Shown here one piece after another: positions 13,803-26,593 of a stretch of 64,000 nt of DNA. Under the pieces are notes generated by a model that was given only the letters and a program-made list of their open reading frames with translations, was not told the DNA's origin and did no database searches. Origin of the DNA: Octopus sinensis (Eukaryota); the NCBI RefSeq assembly GCF_006345805.1, contig NC_042998.1, positions 165,292,001-165,356,000 of the forward strand. The letters run 5' to 3'. A program made the translations under genes and the position numbers. The first letter of the stretch is position 1. Each line of letters begins with the position of its first letter.

Positions 13803-14299
13803 TATTTCATTTAAGTGAATGTCTGACATAGATGTTCCTAACTCTTCCTTGGATAGAACAAAGAAAGACATCGTGCCATTGACATAGCAAAGGCCGATAT
13901 ACCCCCTCCACCACTGCGATAGATATGGGTTGGCTGACTCCTGTCTTCAGGTCAAAATACTTCAAAGCTTTTGTTCTTTTATCAAACTATTCTTTATTGT
14001 GATATTTTTAGATCGGAAAGAAAAAAAAAACATTTGCGAAAGATAGTGTTTAGTTACCGATATTTTCTGTCGAAATTAATCTCGTATTCTCTGTTTTTGT
14101 TTTGTGCCGGTTGGAATGTTATTCTTTTCATTTTCTAGCGTTTCTATGTTAAATAGTGCAATAATATACTTCAAAAATTTTCTGTTTGTTTTGTAGTTAT
14201 TTTTTTTTGTTTATTGTTATGTTTTTTAGAGGTAAATCATGAAAAAGAAGCCAAATTTTGCATCGGCGTTAGATTGTAAAATAACATGGAAATATTTTT

Positions 14300-14780
14300 A
14301 AAGAAATGAAAACCTATTCGGTTATAGACAAGGATGAAGGAAAGGATTTTAAAAAATCTGGTGAATCCTTTGAAGAACTCATAAAAGACAGAATTAAACG
14401 TTGTTCTATAACAAGATAAGTTGCCTCTTACACGTTTTAATTCACCAAAAATGCCAGAGGTAAAAATAGATTACATAAATTCAAGTGTGTCTGTTCAGTG
14501 TTTAAAATATTACAATAACATCAAAAGTTCATTTTTGTCGTAAATTAGTAATATTCATATCTATCGAACACTTAGTTACAAATTATGAACACTGGATGTT
14601 GATAGTAAAGAAACAATAATGACTTTTGAAATTAAATGTTACAGAAATGTCTTCCACATTCTGTGTGATGATAGAAGATTACAAAAATTGCTTGATTACG
14701 TAACACAACACCATAACATGTTACTCTAGAGAATATAGTTATTCATAGACAAACTCCCTTTAAAATAGGCATCGCAAGAA
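14300..14780 (+). pseudogene. Possible heavily decayed Penelope-like RT
   Basis: Fragments LDVDSKETIMTFEIK (cf. E.LVSFDV.SL) and KIGIA (cf. GIAMG) in plausible order; many stops. Confidence 0.25.
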
Positions 14781-14859
14781 TACAGCGGACGGGATTAGTT
14801 AACAGCAAGCAAATAATAAGAGGCGGATGCTGAAAAATATGAGGTTGGCAACTGGATTA

Positions 14860-15044
14860 CAGGTAAGTTCACCGCCATCAATTAACCGTGAAGAAATTTC
14901 ACCGCGAGGAAAGTTTACCGAGAAGTGTATCCATAGCATCTCACTATTAATAGTTAAAAACAATTTTATTGAAAAAAAAAGAGAAAAAAAAACTGAAGAC
15001 GGAGAACTTTCTCTGCGGTGAATTGATGACAGTGAACTTATCAG
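14860..15044. mobile_element. Small foldback MITE with ~15-bp subterminal repeats (TTCACCG)
   Basis: GGTAAGTTCACCGCCATCAATTAACCG vs reverse complement GATAAGTTCACTGTCATCAATTCACCG. Confidence 0.6.
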
Positions 15045-15443
15045 ATATGTGGCAGCTGACTCGAAAATATGAAGAGGGACCATGTCTCTCAATAAAACAC
15101 TAAAATTTATGAGAATACTGACCTGTGGCTTAGATTCGGATTGGATACAATGACACATTTTGAAAAATTTCAGGTCATTGTGTATATATAAAGTAGCTAT
15201 CAGCAAGTCTATGTGTAGTGGGATGCATTCAGCTATGCTTCAAAGTGACTACGAGATACAAGTCTCATTCTGTAGGTTCGGATTGAATAGGCTGCAGTTT
15301 TGTTTCAGTGCCTTCCGTATGTCAGCTATTAGGAGCTTCTCGGAACAAACCACTATCTTACATTAATTGCCGAATAACTCAATGATTGAACTGCAGCCTG
15401 GTAAGCTTTTTGACATATCAATGTGTTGTTGAACATCTACATG

Positions 15444-15491
<48 letters not shown>

Positions 15492-16699
15492 ATTTATATA
15501 TATACATATATACAAATATGGAAATTGCTTTCGTTGAACTGTGGAGTATCAGACGAGTATATTTGGCATATCTGATACATACTAGTACACCTCGAAATAG
15601 CAAGTAGTCACTGGACCTACAAGAAATTGCCACCAAATCTCCCTGGAATATTACCCTAATCGTCTTCAGAATATAGTTAACGGATAAATCAATAATTAAT
15701 ATAATATCCGATAAATGAAGACTGTACAGTTGTGAGGCTAAAAGACCGGCTGAGCATTATGCATTCTATGCACGGAAATCATTCTCTTAATATGTACGAG
15801 CCCCATCAGTGAACTACAGTGGGTACAAATCTGTACAAAGCGGGCTCCAAATCATCTATAGAGATAAGTTTCGCACAAAGTTCTAAAAATATATATTCAC
15901 TACTAAACAACAAATTTATAAAGCAGAAATATACACAATTTTACACAAACGACAGCGTTAAAAAGTGATTTTCTTTGGAAATGTCCTCAGAATATACAGT
16001 TAGTTAATATTTTCTTAGGCAAATACAAATTTGGTAGATATATCAAGAATTTTTAAAAAGTGTTAATATAACATTGAAATCATGTCTATGGATCTAAACG
16101 ACTTCATCTTAATTCACAATATCATTTTAGCACCAGGAAAGATTCATCTTTCCAGGACACGGAGCAACTAACATCCCGAATTATACTCAACCCAATAAAT
16201 CCGTTAGTAAATAGGAATCGACACTACGCTAGAAACATAGGCTTTCGAAATGAAATCTGGTAGCTACACAATATTAATATAAATGCACACGTGTGCACTA
16301 ACCCTCCCCACCACCACTACCACCACCACACACATACTTTGTAACTTCAAAAATCACACTGACAGCACATTTATACTGCACGAAAGTAACTACCACAGCT
16401 CTTATGTAGACAGCACCTTTTGTGCATCATACCAGGCTATCACTACCGCGCAGCAAATTATTTAAATTTCTTCCTGAGATATAATCAAAACAGTGTACTC
16501 TCACATCAATAAAGAAAGCAATAAGACTTTTACAAACTTCAAAAAGACACAAAAACCTCCATCGACTTCTCTACGAAAAAATACCAAGGCTTCACTAATC
16601 CACCCATCTCCAACTTCAAATGACAGCACAGATTCAGACAGTCAATCTGTTCCCGAGTCATTTTCAGAAAATACACGATAGCTTCAACAGCAAAATCTT

Positions 16700-16880
16700 G
16701 CGTCTCTTATCATTTTAATTACCATCGACACTAGCAAAGCTTTCGACTCCTTTTTTCACTCATACAAATCAGCTCAGCACAAAACGCTGGATAAAAAGAC
16801 TGGATACTGACGATTTGAACGGCTTTTGAAACTGGATCTTCTCTAACAAAGCCGATTTGGGGCTAAACAACAACAACAAA
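16700..16880 (+). pseudogene. Tiny non-LTR RT remnant
   Basis: LIILITIDTSKAFDS (DxSKAFD motif) at ~16709-16750 followed by a (CAA)n tail. Confidence 0.35.
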
Positions 16881-17167
16881 ACCAACCCTTATATTCCCTC
16901 TATATTTCTACTTTCACTTCGATTTTTTACATTCTCATTGATATCATGTCTTTCTCTACTTGTATCTTATATAATTTTTCACACCATTCCTCCGACACTT
17001 CTCTCTATCTAGATACTTATCACTCTGTATTCCTACCATATATATATATATATATATATATCACATTGACCGACCAGGCTATCAGATGTTGCTACATGTC
17101 GCTGGTCACAATGCGGTTCACATTGTTTTAGCCTTCAAATGACGCCACCCCGCTGGCTAAGCGAGCA

Positions 17168-17209
<42 letters not shown>

Positions 17210-17213
<4 letters not shown>

Positions 17214-17420
17214 AAATCCAAACAAGAAAACACAAAAAACACAACAACGCGAGGACATGGAACAAATATAGAATTATTGGACGCCCAGGAAAGAAGGAAA
17301 GTAGGAGGGTTTAACGTTTCGAGCAGAGCTCTTCGTCGGAAACATAGGAGAAGAAAAGATCCAGAGAAGGGAAGACAGAGGAAAAAAAAATCGCCAACGG
17401 TACACACGAGGTCACATTTT
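17210..17420 (-). mobile_element. Short PLE-like element between (TA)n tracts with degenerate hammerhead (17309-17343)
   Basis: Minus: GTTT-CCGACGA-a-GAGC tct GCTC-GAAACGTTA-AAC; core has U4>C. Confidence 0.5.
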
Positions 17421-17659
17421 GATATATATATATCTGTAGGATCTATCTTTCATTTCACCATCGTACCATCTCAATTCTTAGCAATGTCACTCCAGTACTC
17501 TGTATTCACCACACTCTTCCTCTTCTCTTCACTATCTATCTCGTTTCTCTTCTTTTTTCCTTCCAATCAGTCGCGTTCTTCTATTTCATTTTTTTTCTTT
17601 ATCCTCAATGTTCCTTCACTTCTTAAAAGCAAGTACTTCTATAGTTCACAGAATAGACA

Positions 17660-17693
<34 letters not shown>

Positions 17694-17764
17694 GTAATGA
17701 TCAGTAAGAGGAAGAAGAGTAGTAGAAAACAAATATATATATATATATATCTGTGTATATATTT

Positions 17765-17821
<57 letters not shown>

Positions 17822-19066
17822 CAAATAATAAAATAATCACAAAACAAAAATCATTTTAAAAAAATCTTCATAACAAAACTAAGAACAACAAGATCAAGAA
17901 CAACTGCATTTCGAGATTCTATCGAAATGTGCAAAAGTTATCTTAATTTCCGGCTGTAGTGCACTGTTAAGACAATAATGGTTCTAATTGAAGCTAGTCG
18001 TTTCATGTGTGGAGACAATTGAACTGCTGTTAAAGCATCACTGCGACTGAATAAGGCGTCGACTAGTGGAGTTCAGGCCCTTGTCGGTACTAGATTGCTA
18101 AATAGAGAGAGAAGAGAGATGGAGATATGTCACTTATATTCTGCTAGCATCATAGATAACTGGTAGACATTTTGTCGCTTATAAACAGACACGAATATTG
18201 TTTTGAATATAGTTTGCTACGTCGCTGCGTGCAATATCTTTTTCGGTCTTATCTTTGTTTTGTGTTTTGTTTGTTTTTTCTACTTGTTTTTGTTATGTTT
18301 TTATCGTTTTTAGCGTGCTGTTTTTCATTTTAGAAAAAAATTGCATTTTATTGATTTTAGCTTTTTTAAAGTTATAGTTCGTGTTTTTTCTTCATTTTTC
18401 TTTTCTTTTCTTTTATTTTCACCTTCCAAAAATCCCCACACATTCGAACTCAAAATCTCTAGTTTGAATGCATTTTTTATTTGGTGTTGCTTTCTATGGT
18501 TGTGTTTGTGTGTGTATGTGTATGTTTGTGTGTATTTATAAACTTCATGATCTCACAGCATGGTGTGTCTAAATGGTATACTGGATAAGAAATATGACGG
18601 TTATTTAAATAAAAATCTACGAGTTCTTTCTCTTGTCTCCGAATTATGCAACGTTGCACCTTTGACAGACAGTAAGCATAATTCAACAAACTTATTTTAT
18701 CTCGGAACAGCGCAGGTAATTTGCAAGTAGTTATCATTATTATTTAATCTCAGGTGTTTCCTGATCGAGTAGATGTATAGTTTCACATGTTCCAGTAGCT
18801 ACCATGTCATAATTTTATATATTTTTGGCTACACGGTACAATATCCACTCAGTATTTCTCAACATTTTTGCCTCAGTCCTATAAAATGAACAGAGTTAGT
18901 ATACAGCCTAATGCATACATATACACGTACATTATATATATATATATATATACACACACACGTATATATATATACATGCATACATATACACACACACACA
19001 CATATATATATACATGCATACATACATACATATATATACACACACACACACACGCACGCACGCACG

Positions 19067-19152
<86 letters not shown>

Positions 19153-20409
19153 AAGTAATTTTACAACTTTTATTGCAAATTTTATTCAAGCGTTACTTAC
19201 TACACTTTGTAAAGGAACCCACGTCCGACTAAAATACTTCCAACACCCACGTCGAGAAAAGTTAGAAACGAATGCGTTGTGAGGGTGATTATGCTTCCTA
19301 TTAGTACGTGGAGTTATCTCTCATTTGAGTGCGGGAATCGCAAAATGACTGTTGTATTTTTTTATTAAGTGATAGGAACAAGTGATATGTATTTGTAAGA
19401 GCCGTCACTGTTGTAGCATTATTATAAATCATTGACTGAGATAATGTGCTGATAAACTCTTATTTCCAGTGTTACTAAGTAGAAAATGGACTAAAAGAGA
19501 AAAGCTTCAAGAGCATCGAACTCGCTGTAATCGTTTACTAAGACGGCTTACTGTACCATAACAATATTCAAGAAGTAAAACTTACTCACAATGAAAACAC
19601 AGCTGATGGTAGAAAGACACGATTAATGATGGGAAAATTCTCTAACACTCTTGAATATTAAAAAAACAAACAAATAAATAGATGATAATGAATAGCTTCC
19701 TTTTGTTATTAAGCATGAAGCATCAGATTTATATAGAAGGGAAAAGAGAAACATGTATCAAATTCACATTATTATTGTTGTTTACTGTTGCCTAAATCAA
19801 GCAAAGATCTACATACGGCAGTGCACGCACCTAAGAAAACCTTGTCCAACAAGTCATTTCTTTCTTACTTCAAAGATAAGGTATAGCTTGAAAGAGGTTT
19901 TGCTGCTATTTCTAGCAGTTTAAGCGATCATGTTCTTGCTTCCATATTGGCCCGATGTCAATGCACTTTTTTTCTGGCCGATATAGCGTTCTAACTGAGA
20001 AATCGCAACGTAGTCAAGGGTCGATTTGTCAAGAGAATACCGCTACAATAAAGTAGTACACTGCATGTGAATAAATAATTAGATAATAACTATGTGACTG
20101 CTATTAGCTATGCCTAATGCTCTCAGCACATCATGTAATTGTATTAAATGAGCTGTGAAACTAGACATTCTTATGACATGTTTTATTGATTCAACTTGTT
20201 TTGTTTTTTGTTTTTCTAATAGATAACTCATTGATACTGCTTTAGTTTTAGATCAAACGACTTACATGACAGAAAGGACAAAAATGAAAATGTAACATTT
20301 ATGAATTTTCTAAGAACATTAGCTGTATAACTGAAGTGTAATGGTGTCATTTAGAATTTGAAACGTTACGAGCTACATATAATATATTAGTATTAAATAA
20401 AGCCTTTAA

Positions 20410-20710
20410 AGTGGCAAACCTGGCATAACCTTTCCTATGCCGGACAAAATACCTTTCATCTTTTCGGGGTCGATGAAGTAAGTGTCGGTTAAGTATGAGG
20501 GTCGAGGTAATCGAGTTTTCACGTTGGCAAATTGTTTAGCGGTATTTCATCCGTCTTCATGTTCTGAGTTCAAATTTCGACGAGGTCGACATTACCTTTC
20601 ATCTATCTTGGGTCGATGAAATAAGTACCAGTCAAGCACCGGGGTTGATGTAATTAACTAACTTCCTCCCTTAAAGTTTCAGACCTTATGCCTTTACCAG
20701 GAGGGATTAC
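20410..20710 (+). mobile_element. SINE family A, partial plus full copy (tail B)
   Basis: GAGTTCAAAT B box, core GGGTCGATGAAATAAGTACCAGT, tail AGTTTCAGACCTTATGCCTTT. Confidence 0.75.
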
Positions 20711-21719
20711 CGAGAGCCAGTGGAGAGGTAGAAACAGGTGAGCGTCTGGCTAAAAGTATTGCAAACTTTAATCCTGTTTTTGAAAGTTTTGAATTCGAAC
20801 TCCAGTGCAGTTGCTTTTGTTTGCATTCCTCCAAATTTGGCTGCAGGCATAATCCATCACCTGGCTTAACCCTTATTACTTCTACCTGGTCCTTCGTATA
20901 CTGTTGTTGAAAGGAATCGAGTTAGATTTCCAGTCTCAGAGACAGGTTCTCCTTTCTATTACCGGCCTCGGTAACCCTGCAAAGTTAATGAGTGCTGTTC
21001 AGGTTATATCATATATAAGCATTGCTTCGATAACATAAATGTGAGTCATATAATATAGTTAACATACATTATCTCATCTTTTCAACTATAATTATACAAA
21101 ATTAAAATAAAACATCGAATTTACATGAAGTAGATACAATGTATTAATTGTATCCTCATTAAGAAGTCACAATGAATTCCATTCCCGCCAGCTTCGCCGC
21201 AGTCTGATGAATGAAGTAAGCAAAAGACTAAAACAGCAATACGAAGCCATTTTTTTAATGATTTGCTTTGGGTATTAACGTTTGAACTGATACACACCTG
21301 TATTTCAACAAATTTTGTTTAATTCTTTGATTCATGACATTCAACAAAACTCAAAAAAATGTTGAGTGTTTTAAAAGCATGTATCTGTGTGTGTGTGTAA
21401 GTATTCACATTTTGAGTTACAAGCAGCTCTATAATACTATAATGTAAACATTATCAAAGTCACCTACTTAACGCGTGTGTATTGTTAAACGCTTTTAGAT
21501 AGCAATATTTCGTCCAAGATCCCTTTAAAGATGCAGTGTTAAGAAACACAGTAAACGTCAAAGCCATGCGAAACGAATCGCTCTGGCGGTGAAGAAGAAT
21601 GAACAATATCGGTATTTCGCAGTTATTTCTGCTCTGCAGTGCCGTGCATCCGATTTACCCTCGAAGCGAATTCGAGTAGCTGAAGTATATACGGATAGTA
21701 TAAAATGTATCAGCTGATG

Positions 21720-21763
<44 letters not shown>

Positions 21764-21820
21764 GAAATATTAAAATAACTAAGTCTCTCTAAAAGAGAAC
21801 AGCGGCAGCGTTCCCGGAAA

Positions 21821-22190
21821 ATAATAGTTATCGCCATACTAATATGGCATTCTTATAAAAATAAGAAAAAAGCTGTCCGCTTATTAGCTCCATGAGGCCA
21901 TCGCCTTAAGTTAGCTATTTGATACACAAACTGTATCCATATAACCTTCGAACAAGGGAGGTCAGTCGCTCCACACTACTTGACCGGCAGCTACAGACGC
22001 GTTTCGGAGTATTGCCCCTTTTCAATGCAGCGTAGTGTGGAGCGACTGACCTCCCTTGTTCGAAGGTTATATGGATACAGTTTGTGTATCAAATAGCTAA
22101 CTTAAGGCGATGGCCTCATGGAGCTAATAAGCGGACAGCTTTTTTCTTATTTTTATAAGAATGCCATATTAGTATGGCGATAACTATTAT
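21821..22190. repeat. Apparently perfect 159-bp inverted repeat (21821-21979 / 22032-22190) with 52-bp spacer
   Basis: Arms read as exact reverse complements; right arm abuts (TA)n. Confidence 0.95.
21990..22031 (-). ncRNA. Minimal hammerhead motif with degenerate core in the palindrome spacer
   Basis: Minus: GCTGCA-TTGAAAA-GGGG caata CTCC-GAAAC-gc-GTC-TGTAGC; all three stems present, CTGAAGA mutated to TTGAAAA. Confidence 0.65.
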
Positions 22191-22765
22191 ATATATATAT
22201 ATATATATATATAAATTTTTGGATTTGGTTTGCAAGATTCTTTATGTGAGTTCGTGTGTTGAAGTATATTCTGTCGTGTCTGAGGAGAGCCATTCTCTTT
22301 TAGTTCCTTATAATTTAACACAGTCACCGGTAAAATTTCCACTTATTTCTTTTTTACTTTCTAAGATTTTCGTTGCGTCTTGCAAACTTTTCAATAGTTT
22401 TGACTCTGTCCGTTATTCACACTGCGTTCCTTTTCTTTTGTTTGTGCGCATGTGTGTGGGTTAGTGGGTGTGCCTACACATGTATGCATGTATGTATGCA
22501 TGTGTGTGTATACATGCATGTGTATGTGTGTGTGTGTGTGTGTGCATATGTATATATGTATGTATGTGTGTGTTTATATTTGTATGTATTCTTCAAATTC
22601 ATGCGTTTGCGTGTCTCTGTTTGTGTGTTTTTTATGTATGTGTGTGTGTGCGTGTGTGTTTGTCTACCTCTGTCTCCTTGTGTATGCATATCCAAGTGTG
22701 TGTGTGTGTGTTTTGCAACTATGTACCGTGTTTGTATGAATGCGCATCTCTATATGTGTGGACGT

Positions 22766-22925
22766 GTAAAAATCATCTTGAAGAACCACATAGTAAAGTT
22801 TAACTAAAGACTATACATGCAGGTTCAAGGTGCAGCCATCGGTGTCAGTGTAGCTGGAGATGTGGCCGGCCTCTTCATGACCTGGTGGGACAGAAAACTT
22901 AAGCATATGTTAGCAGAACAGTCCA
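22766..22925 (+). pseudogene. Penelope-like reverse transcriptase fragment
   Basis: VKIILKNHIVKFN*RLYMQVQGAAIGVSVAGDVAGLFMTWWDRKLKHML; matches the PLE RT motif YxQxxGxAxG...AxLFM. Confidence 0.75.
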
Positions 22926-23294
22926 CAACTCTAAGTAGTCCAATGTTTTGGTTTGAAAGATAGTGGTTTAACTAGGAGACAAGATTTAACGTAAGTTAAA
23001 CAAGGTTATTCCATTAAATGAATGTCAAACTTATTTAAAAGTATAATAATGCCACCAAAAAGACAAACATAAAAAAATATGAAACTCACACAAATCCATA
23101 TACCATTAAACATAGTATAAAGCTGATAAATAAAACTTAAGGCATTACATGAGAAAATTTTAATGACCTTAAATAATTTCAGAGATATGTGAAACTATTT
23201 CTCTGGCGCAGCCCATGTTAATTTTTTATCATTCTTGATGCACCCAATGTAGACCAACTGAAATCATTACTCAATATTTTAGTTTAAATTAAAT

Positions 23295-23510
23295 CAGTAA
23301 CCTGACAGAATCGTTTGGACGCCAGGCAAAATGCTGAGCGGAATTTCACCCCTCACTACATCCTAAGTTCAAATTCCACCGGGATCATCTTTGCCTTTCA
23401 TCCTTTCGGGGTCGATAAAATAAGTACCGGTTGAGCAATGGAGTCTATGTAATCGACTCATCCCTTTCCCTCGAGATTGCTGGCCTTGTGCCAAAATTTG
23501 AAACCAATAT
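23295..23510 (+). mobile_element. SINE family A (tail C)
   Basis: Head, core, tail ATTGCTGGCCTTGTGCCAAAATTTGAAACCAAT. Confidence 0.85.
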
Positions 23511-23705
23511 TTAAGTGTAAATTAGATTCAAACTATTATAAATGAGAGTAAATGAATAAATTCATTACTAACCGTATCTGAGGATTAAAAATACCAATTA
23601 AATTCAATAAAATCATTAAATTTCGTGCTCGAGTAAACCTTGAGATCATTACACAAATTTTTCCTAAATATAAAAGTACTATTATGTATTACTAACCATC
23701 TAGAG

Positions 23706-24027
23706 CAGAGGTTCTCAGCCATGTATTTGATCTATGATCCCTATGATTACTATATTATTCTGTTGGACCCCCTTAGCAATTTGACGTTTAAAACCTGATT
23801 TTATAGAAACTTCTTTATTCATATTTTGTTTTTCACACATTAACTTGTGTGGGGTGAACAATGTAAAAAGTCAAAGAAAGAAACCTATTTCTTGCAATAC
23901 ATACATCTAAAGCAAAAGATTTCCAGGGGGTCCTTAAAATACTATTGTGGATCCTCAATTTACACTTTTGTTGCATGGACCCCCAAAAATTTATAAGGAC
24001 CCTCAGGGTCTACATGGATCCCACATG
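23706..24027. mobile_element. hAT (Charlie/Buster-like) MITE
   Basis: Left end CAGAGGTTCTCAGCC, GGACCCC subterminal repeats, 8-bp TSD ATCTAGAG/ATCTAGAA; right TIR damaged. Confidence 0.6.
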
Positions 24028-25051
24028 ATCTAGAATGACTTTACCTATTTCTGTTTCAAAAGATTAAACAACCAAATCTACAATAAAATAACGATATTTG
24101 CTGCTTTAAAGTGAAATAATTGAGAAGGTATTTAAAGTTTCTGTAGGTATTTAAAGTTTCTTTTGGTGGAATATTTTAAAAAGTATCCACGGCCTTGGTT
24201 ACTGAAAACTAAAAACCTATTTCTACTGACTAAAGCAATATTTTACTATTATACACACACCCTCGCATACATATACTCACTAACCTGTGAGCGCTTTTCG
24301 ACCGATATCAAACGTATATGTTTCTGTGATTGCTTAGTAAATCACACCATGGAAATTCTGTTTAGCACATTATCCTCCAGTATTTGAATGGTCTTTAATT
24401 TTCTCAAATGTGAGGATACAAATAATATTTTATGGTTTTCGTGTGACTACATATACATATACATACCACAGCCTAAACAGAAATACGAAGACCTGCCATT
24501 TGTTTGGAACATACGTGAAAGACCGATGCAATGTCGGCTCATCTTGTACATTATCGATTCAAATAAACACCGTGTAATATTTTCGAGGCCATAGCGACAC
24601 ACATGAATACTTTTTAATATTTTTTTCTAAAATTAAGACGAGTAATAAATAAAATATAAAAAGAAATTAGCTGAACAACACAGATTTCTTCGACAATCCA
24701 CTACAACCGCTAACTCACATCACAATGTTTCCTCAGTTTTCCTTTTCTATTATACTGAACTTATTGTCTGTATATACAGCTAACAGGTAGATAAATATAA
24801 TATTTGAGCAAGAATGGAGAGCAAGGCGGCGAGCTGTCAGAAACGTTAGCACGCCGGGCGAAATACATAGCGGTATTTCAGCTGCCGCACATGTGTTCGT
24901 GAAGTAAGAATTGCTGTTTCGTGGTGTTAATATTGTTAACAACTGTTGTTTCTTGTTAAACTGTTGAATAACTTAACTGTTGGAGTTTTCAATTGAAAAC
25001 ACTTAGTGCTTGTGGTAGCACGCGTTGTTCATTCCCCCTTTGGGGGGAAGA

Positions 25052-26582
25052 ATGTCGTCTAGCATGGAGCCTACCGTTGGAGCAGAAATACTTGTTTCTC
25101 CTGTTGAGAGGAGGAAATACATGTCCGGCGAGGAGCCAACTACAGACAAGGAAATAGGGGTTTCCCCCGCTACAAGAAGGAATAGCAGAGAGGATAATAT
25201 ATTTGATATTTTTGGAGATGTGTCTGAGAGCTCGTCAGAACTTTCACCAGAAGAGTTTCCGACTTTGCCAGAGAACAAAGGCATTGTGTCGAAGAGAATA
25301 ATTGATGTGCCTAGCATCCAGATAGAACCAAAAAATGGAAAAAAAAAGTTTTGCGTTGGCTGCTGGGGGTGGAACCCAGATACTGTCGACGAATAAAAGC
25401 GAAATTATGAAATACAGCAAAATGATGGAAATAAATGACAACAGTGTGAAAATTGAACCTCCGCAAAAGTTATTACAGGAAGAAAAGCAAAAAACAATAA
25501 TTTTCAAAACATATTGTCTACAAATTAGAAAAATTGAAAGAATGTCAGAAGAGAAAATAGAAAAGTGCTTAAAGCCAATATTGGGCGACGTAGTATTTCT
25601 GAGAAGAGGAAAAAAATTCGGAACGGTGGAAGTAAGGTTCACCAATAAAGAAATAGCACACAAGAACTCAGTGGAAACGTTGAAAACGAACGACGTGGAG
25701 TTAATACCCTATTATATGGGGATGAGGACGTCGCGAATAAAAATTACAAGGGTCCCGCCAGAGGTCGAACCTATGTGGTTGTTGGCGGCAGTCCTAATCA
25801 AAGAGGTAGAAAAAATTACTCTCCTCCAGGCTACCGCTACGGAAAACCCACGCTGGGATGGTAAAACAATTAATCTTCTCATTCAAGCGGACCCTAAAAT
25901 AATTCAAACAATTCCTGAAACAATTGAGGTAGGGGAGGAGAACCTCGTGGTGTTTGTTGAGGGCCGAAAACCTCGATGTTTTTTATGTGGTCAATTAGGC
26001 CACATTCGAAGGAACTGCAAGGAAAATGAAGAAGAGGAGGAAGAGGAGAAAAAAGACAAAGAGGAAGAAGATAAAGAAGAAACAGATGAGAAAAAAACAA
26101 CAAACAAAAGAAAAATACAACCAGCAACCCAGCCGAGAGCGGCGACTACTACAGAACAACGACCAAAAAAGACTGCCAGAAGAGAAAAAGAAGAAAAAGG
26201 CATAATAGCCGTATACACTAAAGATACTGAGCTCATGAGAGACATTCAACTCATAAAGACTGTAAAAAAAATTGATAACCTTTCAGAGGAATTTATCAAT
26301 TACGACATATATGAAGTCTCAAATAAGACTTATAGAATTCTACAAAATAAGTACAGAAAGACTGTATCTTCATTGAGATTAGATTTTAACAAGTCGATAT
26401 TTCATGGATTACCAGCTCCGATCCCGCGAGAAAAGGAAAAGGTGGAGATTCCCCCTCCACCTGATAATTCTGTGTCGGTGGTGAGACGGGATTTTGACAA
26501 ATCTATTCCCAAGACCGTCCACCTCCGACCCTGGATAAAAAAAAATGTGGAGGGTCCCCCTCCACCGGACAATCCTGATTAA
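25052..26582 (+). pseudogene. Tx1 ORF1 (gag-like, CCHC knuckle), one frameshift in the A9 run at 25339-25347
   Basis: ORFs 25025-25396 and 25335-26582 join; CFLCGQLGHIRRNC knuckle; RRM-like FGTVEVRF. Confidence 0.85.
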
Positions 26583-26593
26583 ACAGGTAAGTG

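Noticed and set aside
14860-14868. Host exon ending at CAG|GTAAGT
   Set aside because: The motif is the left terminus of a small foldback element
18859-19282. Stacks of [12 protein letters not shown] ORFs (also near 8.4, 22.4, 56.6 and 62.6-63.4 kb)
   Set aside because: Translations of dinucleotide and tetranucleotide microsatellites
23641-23662. bantam-like microRNA (TGAGATCATT)
   Set aside because: Only the first 10 nt match and no precursor hairpin is evident
25025-25396. Separate upstream ORF0 or programmed frameshift in element 1
   Set aside because: More simply the ORF1 N-terminus displaced by a 1-nt indel in an A9 run; the shift is +1, not the usual -1
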